DNA of 64,000 nucleotides, taken from Tricharina praecox (lineage: Eukaryota). Made by a program: the position numbers and the translations under genes. Each line of letters opens with the position of its first letter. Within the stretch, counting starts at the first letter, position 1. Below the pieces are notes generated by a model. It did not search any database. It had not been told where the DNA came from and saw only the letters and a list, made by a program, of their open reading frames with translations. Location of the stretch: the NCBI RefSeq assembly GCF_024521635.1, contig NW_026250409.1, forward strand, positions 496,001 through 560,000, read 5' to 3'. Below are positions 37,582-51,701 of this stretch, piece by piece.

Positions 37582-40500
37582 CGCTCTGCGCGTATATGTA
37601 CGAAGTAAATATGGCTGGTCTGGCCGTAAAGATCGGAATGCTGGCCCTGGAAGGAGACGGTGATGCAATGCGTGGAAAGGAAGGAGGAAGGAAGAAGGAA
37701 GGAATTAGAGGGGACAGAGATGCCGATGAGTTTCACGTCCTCGTTCTTCTTCTTCTCTCTTAGCTGCCGTGGGCATGTAGCTAAGAAGTATGTACAGTAC
37801 AGTAGAGCACGTTAGCGGCCTTATAGGTTCCCTACCTATAATAACAGCATTAGTGGCAGAACAGAACATCTAGGCGTCTGATGCAGGACAAGGGCGGTGG
37901 GCGTGGGTTTTTGTTGTGTTCCTTGTAAGCGCCGAGAAGGCGTGTACAAGGAGCAGAGCGAGTTGAGTAGTTGTAGATGAGTACATAGTTTGAGTACCTA
38001 CCTACCCACCGCAACTATGTAGATGTGGTTACTTACCTACTTCGTAGCTATCTAGAAGTTGCATACAGTGCTGGCTAGCTGTGAAGCCAAGAAAAGGGGA
38101 TTTTCTAAGGGAGGGGGGGGAGAAATTCAGAATCGGTAGATGGTGGTGGTGGTGATGGCCGACCATGGGTGGCTATGGCCTGAACAGATGGTGGAGGGGG
38201 AGGGATTGGGATTGAGGGAGGGATTGAGGGAGGGAGGGATGGATGGATGGATGGGATGGGATCATGGGTGGGATTGATGGATGTGGAGTGGAATCTGCAG
38301 GCTAGCCTTTTCTGCAGCAAACCGTGCGGCCATCTACTATGCCTATAGTACGGTATAGTATAGGGTACTCTACATACATACTCCATCTCGAGCAGCTATC
38401 TGTGTATCTTCACTTGCAGTTGCCTTGTCCTTTGCCCTGTCCTGCCCTGCCCGGCCCTGTCGTGCCCTGCCCTGCCCTGCCCTGTACTTACCTGCCTGTC
38501 TGCTCGCTCCGCTCTTCCTCATACTCCGCATCGCCCCCTCCCCCCTCCCCACTCGCCGCCAGCGGGAAGCGAACGCATCAGGAGGCCCGTACCCACCGGT
38601 ACGTCGGTACTTGCCAGGCGAGATCAGACAGAGTGTGCTCTAGGACGGCAATTCTCGGGAACAGCCAGCACATGAGGGGGAAGGTGGAGGGGGAGGGGGG
38701 GAGGGGCAGACCGTGAGAAAGTGCCTATCGAGGTACATGAACATGTAGTAAGTACTTGCCCCCTTTGTTATGTACATACGGCGGTAGAGTACCTGTGATT
38801 GACGCCCCGCAAGATCCGCAAAGGCCCAGACAGGCTTCCACGAGCTGACGCTGGAGATGGAGACTCGAGAGAAGAAGCTGCTTCCGTCCTGCGAGGCTGC
38901 GACAGTCTCCGACACTCCCGGGTGGTCCTCACAGTCAATCAATCCGATATCACCACCTACATACGTGCTCTACCCTGCTTCCGGTCTGGGGGTGAAGTCC
39001 GTCATCAACATGCCGCAAAACGAAGCGTTTCCGCTTCCCTCGCTAGCACGTTGTCGACCGCACCGTGACTCGAAAAGGTCAAACGGACCGCTGTTCGAGA
39101 GGCCCCAGACCCTGCCAGATCTCACTCACTACTAGTCACTACGTACACTACATGCGCTTACACTACCCTACACACCACCGCCTGCGTACGAGCCTTGGTA
39201 TGTGTTTACTGCTATGCCCGCATCTAGCGTCAATCCAGCCCGCTGCTGCTTAGACACCAAAACACTAATGGGGGGTTATCTACCGATATCTACCGAGCAC
39301 TCAATGCCTCCGAGCAAGCCGGCAGGCAGGGTGTAGCATGTACTCTACATCCGTACTCTACCCAGCGGCACCTATGAGAACTTCAGTTCCGTTTCCGTAG
39401 AGTATGTAGAGTAGGGTATCCTCACCAATCCTGAGCGATTTCAGTCGTCGGTATGCACACAGGCACTACGGCGGAGATATCGTTTGCTGCGGTAGCGGCT
39501 CACCTCCCATCCCTCCACTTCCATGCCGCAATTCCATTGAAGATCGATGCTCCGTGACGTCAACGTTCGGATGCAAATCGAAGAGGCTTGCATCTGGCGG
39601 AGGTAGGACGTCCATTGACCGCCCGGGACCCGAGGAGCGCCACCAGCGAGATCGTGTGCGCCTCGTGTATGTACCAATGGTACCTATGGTACATAGATGC
39701 CCGTGTGTGTATGCGGAGTATCTACACACCTACATATCTCTGTGACTAAGGTGGAGCGTGTCCCGAATTTCGAGATCTGCCGCACTCTAATACTCTAGTA
39801 TCTACATGAGTATAGTAAAGTACAGTAGGTACTCGCGCAAAAACGGTGTTTTCTTCTTCATTCCTCGGCGATTGTTTGCCCGTACCTGAATCTGGTGATC
39901 CCTCCGCTACCAGGTCATAGCTCGTGCTTCCTGGTGTGGGGGAAGGGGGGAGGGGGGGGCTTTCGGAGCAGAACCCCACCCATCCGTCCACCCATCGAGC
40001 GGTGGTGGTGGTGGTGATGGTGGGCACGGCACGATACAGCATCGCCGCAGCCGCGTAGGATATCTAGATGCTTTCTGGGTATCTATGGATCTATCCACGG
40101 CATGTACCCAAGTACTCTAGACTCTAGAGTAGAGTACCTACAAATATTTACGCAGCCCGGAAAAACCGGAAACCCCGGCATACCACCATGCATGATAGTG
40201 GACCGGCTGCGGCAGCAGCAACTGAAGCAGCGGTCGCCGGTGCGGGTTGCGTCTCCGCGTTGACGAGTCACGGCCTCAGCCACGGCCGCTCGTGCAGGTG
40301 CGTACCCAGAGTATGTACTCTGTATGTGTACTCCGTGTGTACGGCTCGTCCGGAGTACGTAGGGCTAGAACTTGTTTAGAACTTGTTTGGCACTTGAGGG
40401 GGGAGCTCAGGCCGCGAGCTCCATGTGGGGCCTACATACGAAGTTACGAAGTTACGATGTGATGCGATGGGCTATGCTGTGATGTGATGTGATGTGATGT

Positions 40501-42821
40501 GATGAGATGCGATGTAGTATGGCAACTATGGAGTGGTGTGGAGAAAAACAATGTGGAGCAAAACCCCTAGATACTCTACTCTACTCTACCCCGTTTCGCA
40601 CTTTGAAGTTTGAAGTTTGAAGTTTCGAACTCCGGCCTTCGGGGAGTCGGAGACTCGGAGTAAATGTCCACCTTCAGCAGCTCAGCTTCGAAGCCTTCGA
40701 TCCAAGCCCAAGCGTGGTGGGCGTGGTGGGCGTGGTGGGCGTATTTACTACTCTACTCTAGCATGATGTGTGTAAGCTGAGGCGGCGACGCTGAGGCCTC
40801 CTTCCCACGATACATACCCAGGTTACGAGTAGTTATCCTTATTATTAGTAGTAACTACCGGTAGTAGTAGTGGTAGTAGTACGGCCACCGTCTTTTTGGT
40901 CCGTCCGTCGTCCGTCCGTCTTGTTCACAGCCCGCATCTCAGATCCCCCCGAATCGGATCGGATCGAGTCGAGTAGGGGGTTTTGCTCACGAGGAGGATC
41001 GCGACTTTCAACTTTCACGGGGAGAGAGAGAAGTTTCGTATTGTGTTGTGATGCTTTGACCTCTATGTACTCACTCAATCTGTTTTGCGCAGTTAAGTTG
41101 TAAGCATACTTCCCGTTCCGTCATCCCCCCGCATATACGGCCTAGTTAGCCTCCCCCGTAGACTCTGGAGGGCCCAATACGGCATAGATCCCGGGAGATT
41201 TTTGACTCCAGTCCTGTTCAGTCCAGGTCAGTCCAGGTCAGTCCAGTTCGGTCCTGTCCACTCCAGTTCGATTCAGTTCAGTTCGATTCTCTGGGTCCGA
41301 CCGGGGCGGCGCAGGGCGTAAGGTGGTTGCAAGTTGCAACAACCACCACCATCCAACCACCACTCCCCTCGGCCTTCAAAGTTCAATTGTGCCTGAAGGG
41401 CGAAGGGAGGGTGAAGGGAGGAACCACATTGTCGGGTAGACGCGCCCCGCACGATCCCTCCCTCCCTACCCCCCCTCCCTCCCTCCCTACCTCCTTCGCG
41501 AGCGAGAGAGCGAAGGACAACACGGACCACGCAAAATACAACGAGTAGAGCTCTCTTGCTGATTCAGGCCGACCCCGGCCCACCCCCGGCCCGGAAATAA
41601 CTTCGGGATCGCTGCTGATGGCGCTGCTGCTGACGATGTTGCTGTCGACGCTGCTGGCGAAAAAGACGAAACACGGGTATCTACTACCTACTACTCTATG
41701 TAGTATTATGTGAGCTTTCCCCATCTATGTACCGCACATAGAGTGCCCACTCGAGAATCGAGAATGAATCGAGGGCGAACCGAGGAATCCGGGGAACAAC
41801 CTGCCTGCCTGCCTGCCTGCCTGCCTGTACTCTACTCTACCACATAGTACTATGCTCTGTGGGAGTATAGATAACTCGCACGGTGCTCTATCTAGAGCAT
41901 CCCATAGTAGAGTAGAGTATCTAGAGTATAGCCAACTCGGTAGGCTATAGTACATATGTTTGCCCTGGGAGATGAGTGCTACATACGTTTCGCTTGCGGA
42001 GATGCAAAACATCTATGTACATAGTGGTCGTGTGGTGTGGGGTGAAAGTCGTTCGGTTGCTCACCAGTCAGTTAACTAACCAGTTCCCTAGCTAACCAGT
42101 TATTTCACTTCGGCTGGGTACTTACCGACCGGCCTACTTACGCGTCAGTCCGGGGCGCGGTCGGGCGGTGGTGGTGCGGCGGCGGCGGCGGTGGTGGTGG
42201 TGCCAACGTTTCGATCGAGCTCTTGGACTTCCCTCTCGTGGAGTCGTGGTAGTTATCGACGTTCAAAGTTCGGCGTTAGATTCCGAGCTTGTCGTCGATG
42301 TTGGTAATAACCTCCCCCCCCACTTTGGCGCGAGTTATTGCTGTTAGCCCTACGTTAGTAGAGGATGCATAGTTGGTGTTGCCCGTGTTGGAGACGTTGT
42401 GTCTTACTCTTACATATCATACATCGCCAGTGCTGCAGTGCCGTACTGCTGCCTGTCTGTCTGACTGTCTAACTGTCTACCTGACTGTCTGTCTGCCCCC
42501 AAGGCAGTATTCTGCCTTCCTTCCACACTTCCTTCCACTTTGCTGCTATGTGCCATGTGCGCTCGACAGAGGGAGAGGGAGGGAAAGTGACGGAGACCGA
42601 GGAGGATGGAGACGAAGACAAAGACGAAGACAAAGATGGAGAGCAGAGCCGGAGACGAGACGGAGACAGAGACAAAACGGAGATGCAGACGGAGAACGGC
42701 AGTGCAGTAGTTGAAACCTGATACACGGGGCTGTGAGTCGTGACTACGGTACTCTAGCCCACAGGTTCGCGCTGGTAGGTTTGACGATGTGCCCAAGTAC
42801 ATGTCCGAGTACCCGAGTACC

Positions 42822-42879
42822 TACCCCAAGTACCCCAAGTGCCCCAAGTACCCCAAGTACCCCAAGTACCCCAAGTACC
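42822..42879. repeat. (TACCCCAAG)n minisatellite
   Basis: About six tandem 9-mers are directly visible. Confidence 0.9.
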
Positions 42880-43316
42880 TACCTTTGAGGCACCTATGCA
42901 TGTACGCACGCGTCTTGGATCTCACGATGCCCAGCAGCAGCACTTGCCCGGGGCGCGCGGCTGTCTACTATAGGTACTACGGTATAATAGTACTTACTAC
43001 ATACTGGTAACCATCACCAAACCATCACCAACCAACCGACCGATCGACCAGACACCAACCTTCGCATAGACAAGCCAATCCCAATCCCAACCCGAGCTTC
43101 CAAGCTCCAAGTTCCAACCAGTGAACTGTTAGTTACCGCACCGGTTGGTCACCGCAGCGGTTGGTTTCCGAGCGGTTGTATTCCGCTTCCGAGACTGCCA
43201 TTCAAACTGCCTTCCAGGCTGCCCTTCAGCCAACAACAATAACAAGCCAACAGGAACAGCAACAGAAACAGCAGCAGACCCGAGCTCATCGTTCGGGATG
43301 CCGCATACAAACCGAA

Positions 43317-43372
43317 GATGTGCGATGTGCGATGTGCGATGTGCGATGTGCGATGTGCGATGTGCGATGCGA
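43317..43372. repeat. (GATGTGC)n microsatellite
   Basis: About seven tandem 7-mers. Confidence 0.9.
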
Positions 43373-43695
43373 TGATGTGCGGTGGATGTGATGATGCTCC
43401 GCTCCTTCATGTACGAGTACATGGAGTAAATATCCCGCCTACATATGTAAGCGTAAGCGTGCATCATGCGGCATGTATGGATGTACTGTATGTACGGTCA
43501 CGGTTGTTGATTCACCATCGTCTCCTTGGGACTCTAGCTCTGCTGCTCCGCGGCTGGTGATGTGGAGTACCTATACATAATAGCATCGGTAAGTAAGCGG
43601 TTACAAAGTAGTTGAGTAACTACTACTGCTCTACTGCTCTGATATCATACCCATCCAAGGGGACCCAAGGGGGGAAAGAAAGACGAATGGTGAAG

Positions 43696-43732
<37 letters not shown>

Positions 43733-44074
43733 TGGTGTGGCTAGGTCAACCACGGTAACCAGCCCCTGGACTCTGTGGCAGGAGCAGCCCTAGCCCGCAC
43801 TTCACACTTCACCATCCCTCATCCCTCCTCGTCGCGCCAGATCTGGCAGCGCCCCACACCCAAGCCGCGAAGTAACGAACACGAAACAACACCTCCACGT
43901 TCACCTCCACGTTCACGTTGACCTTCCGCGGCGCGCGCCCGCACATGCCCGATCGGGTCGGTAAGGAAGGGGGGAGGCAAAATGGAGGTGGCTGATGTTT
44001 CCTGGTTGGCTTACGGGAGAAACGGACGGACGGACAGATGGACGGACACGGGTCCGTTCGCCTCGTTCAGTGTT

Positions 44075-44179
44075 GGTATGGATGGTATGGATGGTATGGA
44101 TGGTATGGATGGTATGGATGGTATGGAAGCCCATGGAAGCTCATGGAAGCCCATGGAAGCCCATGGAAGCCCATGGAAG
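44075..44179. repeat. Compound repeat: (GGTATGGAT)n followed by (GCCCATGGAA)n
   Basis: Two adjacent tandem arrays are directly visible. Confidence 0.9.
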
Positions 44180-47100
44180 GTTCGCTAGTCAGGTAGATAA
44201 GTACCGGCCCGCCGCGACGCTGTCTGCGTGCGTGACACACACACACACGAATACACGGGGGTGTCTCTCGTCTCTCGTCTCTCGTCTGGCTGGCTGGTGG
44301 GCCTGGATTGGAATGGATGTCGGAGCATCTACTGTACGATACATCGGTACATCCTCAGGTACTCTATATCAAAGGGTCGGGACCGCGGAGGAACGCAGGA
44401 ACACATGAAAGGCGTGAACGCAGGAGCTGCGTTGGTGCGACTGGCGACTGGCGACTGGCGATTACTGGCGGCGTTACCCCGGTGTTCTGTGCAGATATGT
44501 CGGTACGGTACACAAGTCCATGTACTGTACTCTACCCTAGCATACCTCGGCGCTGATGACGGCGAGGGGGAGGGGGAGGGGGGGGGGATGATGATGATGA
44601 TGCGGCGGGGGCGGCGACGGCGGCGGCGGTGGCAGTGGCAGAGATCAACCCAGACCCAGGAGTCCAGGAGGAGTCCAGGACCGGCCCGCGAAGTGCAGAA
44701 GGCGTGCAGAAATCGTGCAGCTGGCTGCCCCCGGGGCCTGGGGGGGGAGGATCCGGAAGAATCCCGAAAGAGAAGGTTGTACCGTACCGAAAGTATCCGC
44801 CAACGCTGCAAAGCCTGCAGAGCCTGCGGGGCTTTTTCGTTCCCTTGAATGATTAATCCCTTCCCTTTCGCGGAAGAAAAAATAATATGTATGATAACTA
44901 ATAATAATCCGTCCAGTGCAAGAACATGGGTTGCGTTACTTGGGTTGCGTTGCGTTGCATGCAGGCAAGCAAGCAAAACCCAGGGATCACGGTATCTACA
45001 GTTTCTAGGATTTCTAGGTATCTGGCCGGCCACGCAACGTATCTACGGTACTACCCAGAGCACCTAGGCATGAAGGTATTTTCCGCTCACTTGGATCGTG
45101 GAACGCCGGTGCGCCGGTGCAGCGTTCGGCAGTGCTGATCAGCGGTGATGACGGTGCAGCGGTGTAATTCCTCCACCGCCGTCAAAAGGAGAAGGAACAG
45201 GAGGAGGAGGATGGAAGGAAACACCGCATTCCGTACCTACTGCCCTAACCAACTATATGCATGCATGCTGCCGGTGATGTCCGTCTGTTTGTCCGTTTGT
45301 CGGTATCTCGACGGAGCTGAGTATGTACCGTAAGTACATACTTCTGGTAGATATGTTGTTGCTCCGTTCGAGACCCGAGGAGTGCCTGTGTATCGCTTCG
45401 CAGGCTAGATATAGTATCGATTGTAGTTTATAGTACTCTACTCCTGGCAATGCCTTGCCTGTGCCTTCTCCGCATCCGTGTTACATACACTGATTATGAA
45501 GCTGATGATTAGAATAGATCCATCGGGCCCCCGGGCACCAGGGGCATCGTGGATTCGTGGATTCGTGGCCGGGGCTGTTACATACATGTGTGCGGAGCAC
45601 GGCCGAGCACCAGGATTCATCATTCCGGCATCTACCTACTATATAGTACGTGGAGTACATGGAGCAGGTATAGGTATAGCTACATGCCAGGTACATCCTT
45701 CGATATAGTACCGTTACTACCGTGGAATGCCCGGGAATGATGTGCTCTCGATACCGATGCTGGATACAGATGCTCCGGAGCCCGCAGAACAATGTGATGT
45801 GATGTGCTGGATACGATACAGATGCTCCGTGCTACTACTAGTAGATATACCTGGTAGGCGTCCGCCAGCTGGCAGGCAAGGTGCCGGGTTCCGGGCTGGT
45901 TATGTAGATACATCTCCGGGGGTCGGGCGTCGTGGGAGGGGGAGGGAGAGGGGCTCTGGACCGGCCGGCCATCTGATCCGTGGCCGACCGGCCGACCGAC
46001 CGGGCAAAGACGCAAAGACGGCGACCCGATGCATGGATGGAGCAGCAGGAACGGCGGGCAGCTCCCTCCCCCCTCCCCCCGCCCCCAGGCGTAAACCTTC
46101 CGGAGCATGATCCTGGGTGGAAACAAGGCTGGCTAGAATAACTGCCTGGTCGGCTTCGAGCCGAGTTGAGCGGGGGGGGATGCAAGGCGAATCCTACTCT
46201 ACCTGCGGTATCTCAAGACGATTATGCCCCTCTCTAAACGACGAGCGATGAGCGGTGAGCGCGCTCGCTCACCGAAAGTCAGTCGACTGTTGTGGTTGTG
46301 CTGTTTTCGCCTGAGGCGCCAATCGAATCGAAAACCGAACGGTCTGGGCGCATGCCGCATGTCTCGTGTCTCGTGTCTCGTGTCTCGTGTCTCGTGTCTC
46401 AACCGTATCCTCACCCCATAGGTGGGCCATGTAGACCATGCCAACATGACGGACGACGGACGGCACGTTAATGTCCACCACCACCACTGCCACCACCATC
46501 ACCACAGTTTGTTTCCCGTTCATTTCTTCCCACCAACAAACACCATCACCACCACCCAATCCTTCGACAACCACCGGAGTCCGCAGTCCAACAGTCGTCA
46601 AAGTTCAAACAGCTCGAATCGTGTCCACGGCAACTCCCGAAATAACTCCATCTCCGACGGGCAGGGCGTCGGATTATGGATACGAACCAACGTCGTGCCT
46701 CCTCCTGCCTCATGCCTCCTCAATGCCTCCTCCCGCCCCTTCAGGCCCCAGGCTCACTCCGGATCCTATCCAACAGTGCGGTCCAGTGTCTACTCTAGGC
46801 TCGCTCGCTCTGCAGCAGGTTCCACTGAGCAGTGAGCACTCCTCAACGTTCTCCATCACACCCATTGCACAAACACACCCGGTCAACCAACACCAACACC
46901 AACATCCATCCATCCAGGCCTCCGCTTCGGCGTGCTACTACAGTACCATACTCTAGTGCTCCCGCAGCAACACTTTTCCGGCTTCTCCGCCAAACGTATC
47001 TGGATACACGGAAATCCCTCGTCCCAACCGGTTAGCACTTGGACACTGGAAACGAAAGAAAAAAGAAGAAGAAAAAGAACGGAAGAAAAAAAAGTCGCCT

Positions 47101-50100
47101 TATCTACGCCACTACATATTCCGAACCTCTTTTATGGCAGACCCGCATATACGTATATTCGCCACGATAGGCGTTGATGCGTATTTAATGTACTGGTACA
47201 AACGGTACCAATAGGCTCCATGGGAATAAGATGCGGACTGGGGCCCTGGGGGGCGCCCCGCATGAGCAGTACCTAACCAAGTACTGCTCATACATACATA
47301 CCCACAGACTTCCACCAGTCACGGACTCCCTGCTGGCGATTCGAACTTGAGGCCCGTCTCGCGAGTCGCCACTTGCGGGCTCCAATTGCAGATGTGTATC
47401 ATATCATATGTACTCGTACATCATACGGTACCAAACCATCGCCAAGCGCCACCCTTGTCCTGGCTGCCGATCAGCCGCTTGTCAACCACGCGAAACTTGA
47501 AAGCGCCCGCCGGCCTTCAAGCAGAACCGGACAGTTCATAATTCGTCAACTGCTTTCGGAGCGAAGCAGAAGCAAGCAGGCAGACAAGCCAGAGCGAAAG
47601 CAGAGCGAAGGCGAACCAGAAACAATCACTTCCCGCTTGCATTGGCTGCCGCTGCCTCCTGCAGACAAGACGAGACAGGGAAAAGGGGACGGACGGACGG
47701 ACGGCCTCGAAATTGTGGGATGGAGGGAAGACCGTACCTACTTGGCCGCAAAGAACACCCAGATTAGATCTCTCTCTGCCTGCGGGCTCGGTTGTGAGGA
47801 GGATGAGACTCCCGCTTACGGGAGGAGGAGGACGACGCCGGTCAACCACAATCGACGAACATGCTCCAGAACCGGCTCCGAGCATGACGCCTTCCGGGCT
47901 CCTATCTCGCTCGAGATGTCACAGGCTCGCAACATCATACCCATCCATATGTATGATATGTGCATGAGCTACTTTTACCCCGCCGCGCCGCCGCCCCCAA
48001 CGGCCGCAGCAGCTCAGACAGTAGCAACCAAAACCAAAACCAAAACGGCCATCGGCTTCGCTCCGACTCGTACCCAGCCAGCTGCGTCGGCTGCATGTTC
48101 ACCGCCACCACCACCACCACCACCGCTAGGTATCTACGCTCCCATTCTCCCATGCTCTCATGCCACGAACGTCTGCGATGCAGAATGCATCGAGAGAAAC
48201 TTGGCGAGAATACATATGTATGTATGTACGCCTCTCCGGCCGCCCCCAATATGAGGTACTATGCACGTTCGGCTGCAACAAATTTCTCTCCCCACTGCCC
48301 AGGGCGCCGCGCCGCGTCGGATCAACGTTACGTTAGATACATACGAAGGTCGGATGCACGTGTTTGCAGAGAGAGTGTGGGGCATGCTGACCGTACGGAT
48401 CGGGTTGTGTCTCGAGAGTCAATGCCGCGAGATTGACTTTTTTTTTTCTTTTTTTTTTTTACACACATACGTACATACAGTACCTACCTCAATGCTCTGC
48501 TCTGCTCTGCTCTGCTCTGCTCCGCGGGAAAGGATCGGCCGACCCCTTTACAAACACCCGAAATCTATTGAAACTTGAAAGCCCCCCTCCCCGGGGGGTC
48601 TTGATTGCGACTCGCGACAGGCAGCGGGACTAAACTACATACCTACTACTCTACGAATAGCACATCTACCGTACTCTATCTGGCCGGGTGGGGGAAGGAG
48701 GAAGGGGAAGGGGGGATGAATATCCAAGTCAATTGCTATCCGAGCCGGATGGTGTGCGTGTACTCCATATGTACAAGTACAATACACAGTTCACGCCTGA
48801 ATGCTGCCTAGATGGGATTGATTATACATACATCTACATAGAGTACATGGAGCCTGGCTGGCGTCTCCGGTACCGCGGATGAAAGGGTTAGATACGTACG
48901 GTACCTATCAACCCGCTCGAAGTTGGGCGTCTAGGTAAGCACGGTACATATGGTACTTACACACTCGTGTATGTATGTAAGTACATACCAGATTGCGATT
49001 GCCATGGGCCAAGATAGATAACCTTTACATCGCCGCCCCCCGCCGACGCCGCTACCACGCAGAGGCGTGCGCGGACCATCTGCGACCCATGGCCCAGTGC
49101 GAACGAACGAAGAAACGAGCGACCCGTGAGCGATTATCACGTCGAGCAGGCAGGACACATACATACGCACGTACACACGCACATACGTACTGCAGGAAGG
49201 ATGATGTCTATTTTCATGCGCAGTCTTGTCTGTCTGTCGGCTCGGTTAAGAGTTTTGCTTGCACTTGCTTGCTTACTCGCTCGCTCGCTGCAGGAACACC
49301 CGTTCAAAGCATAGCAGCAGGCAGGCAGGCACACATCTCCGTTCGTTTGTTCGTTTCTATGGCCTGTGGCTTGCGGCCTGCGGCGCGCGGCTTCTTCCGC
49401 AGGCCTGTCGGTCGGTCGACGTTGACGTTGGCGGCGTTGGCGTTCGCGTTGGCGTCTTCGAAGTTCAAGCGAAGGGCTTGGATGGGGCGCTGGGCGGACA
49501 TAGGTATGTAGATACCCGTGAAAACAAATCCAAAACGAAAACCGAAGAAAAAACGAAACACTGCCGTCCTGAACTGACTAAACTAGGGCTAGCTACGGTA
49601 TGGTATGGTATGGTATGGTATGGTATGGTAGGTGTTTACGACCGACTGCTCCGCTGCGATCGACATTGCACTCACTCACGCCGCGCCCAGCACCCCGGGG
49701 GAAATGTCTGTGTGTCCGTCCGAAGTTGGGGGCGACATAGGCACTCTAGATACCTAGAGTATTGTCATGCTCGGAAATAAGTCCTGACAGACGCCGCCCC
49801 TTGCGAGGATGGATGGATGGAGGGAGGGAGAAGTCGCGTCCAAGGCCGGGCACCGACGCACCGACACACCGTGACTTGACTTGACTTGACTTCGGGCCTC
49901 GTTTCCGGTCCCCACTCTCCGGTGAGGCTCTGCTTTCCGGTGGGAGATGCGAGATGGGAGACGAGATAACTATCTACAACATCAAATGTCCGGGCACGGA
50001 AGTGAACTCGGTTCTGGCAGGGGGCGGGGGCGGACGCTGGACGCCGGACTCTAGACTTGGAGCTGTCGGCAAAGTGAAATCGATGTCCAATCCAATCCTA

Positions 50101-51010
50101 CGAATTCGTGCGTGATGTGCAGTGAGCCTAGTCTTCCGGCACGTAGTTGCTCTAGGTGAGTCTGTGTGTATTTCATACACTCCCACAAGTCCTCATCGCG
50201 GCGGAGTTTCCCTCGAGTCTTGACGTGCACGGTAGGTACCGCCGTACCGGTACCCCACTGCACTCGCGCGGTCAATCCAGGTCAACCCAGATTTCAAGCC
50301 GAGCTTCGAAAGTTCGTCAGTTCGTATAGAACTCCCTATTCCCGCTCGCTCGTTCGCGCATTAACTACATAAGAAGTAGGTATTATTGAGGGGTTGTTTT
50401 TTTTCTTTCTTTCCCTTCTTTTCCTTTCGACGCTTTGAAAAGGAAAACCCCCCACCACCTCACTGGTCGCTGGTCTCGTCGGCCAACGGCTCAAAACTCA
50501 ATCGGCTCGATTGCTTCGGCACCGAGTCACGCGAGCTGGGCTGGCGCTGGTGCCATCGTAGGTGAAGTATGTACATAAGTACTTCCTTTTCTTCAGCGTG
50601 GGGAAGCGTGGGGCAGCAGTGGGGACAGTGGGGGGAGTATGTAACTATTATGTAGCATCTAAGCATCGTGAACTCTACTGTGCACTCGGCGGCACCACCC
50701 CGACCGACCGACCCCGTGGGTGCACTGGCGATCGACATGGCGTCGCACGATGAAATGGCCCATGGAAATGGGTGTACATGGTTAGAGTGGTTAGAGTACT
50801 ATGTATAGTTAGTTAGATACTCCAGACTCCATAGTAGGCCCGGAAGGTTCCATCTGGACTATTGGTATTATTGGTAGTGGTCGTATGTACGAAGTGGTAG
50901 TTACCGAGTGGCTCGGAGATATCCAGACAAACCTAGGCAAACCTTTACCAGAAAAGCGTGGGGAGTTGGGATCGGGGACTGGGGACTGAGGACTACCTAG
51001 GTAGGTACTC

Positions 51011-51045
<35 letters not shown>

Positions 51046-51629
51046 CTCATATGATACGATACTGTACTCAGGACTCAGGAGTCAGTATTGACCCACCGCG
51101 ATCAATAAATAGAACCCACAGGTACAGAATCTACAGATGCAGGTACAGAATCCAGATATACATAGATAGATCATAAATACATAGCCCAAGCCAATACCTC
51201 ACTTGTGACTTGTGCAACCTTGCACCGGCCCCCGTATGTAGCGTATCCGGCGCAGAGCTGAGTAGGTATCTAGCAATGTATACCGCATGTCTCGACGTGT
51301 TCTCGGGGAGGAAAGGGATTGATTTCTATCATCTCGTGCTGGGCTCCGGGGGTGGAAGCGGGTTGGGGAGCGCCGTCCCTCCGTCCGTCCGTCCGGCCGG
51401 CCGTCCGGTTCAGCTCGGTTCGTAGGTTTGTGGCCGGGTCAGTTTCAGGCCGGATCGTTTTGAGGCCGGGTCGGTGAGGCCGGCCACAGCGCCGCCGACG
51501 TGCGAGATATCTACTCTAGTCTGCTCCACCTACTCTGTTCTGAGTATGATATCTACTCTACTATCATACATACTCTACTCGCATCCTGATTCCCGGTTTG
51601 GGGTTGCGATGCTGGAGTACTACATATCA

Positions 51630-51701
51630 TAGAGTGGAGTACATAGGCTCAGTAGAGTATCTAGAGTGGAGTACATAGACTCAGTAGAGTATCTAGAGTG
51701 G
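51630..51701. repeat. 32-bp tandem repeat (TAGAGTGGAGTACATAGRCTCAGTAGAGTATC), about 2.2 copies
   Basis: Direct repeat with one mismatch. Confidence 0.85.

Noticed and set aside
36865..37668. 267-aa His-rich ORF upstream of the CRIB gene
   Set aside because: The translation derives from (CA)n and (CACCAT)n microsatellites. It is more likely 5' UTR or promoter sequence.
51630..51701. 32-bp repeat resembling a CRISPR repeat in length
   Set aside because: Copies are directly adjacent with no spacers, there are no cas genes, and the context is eukaryotic.
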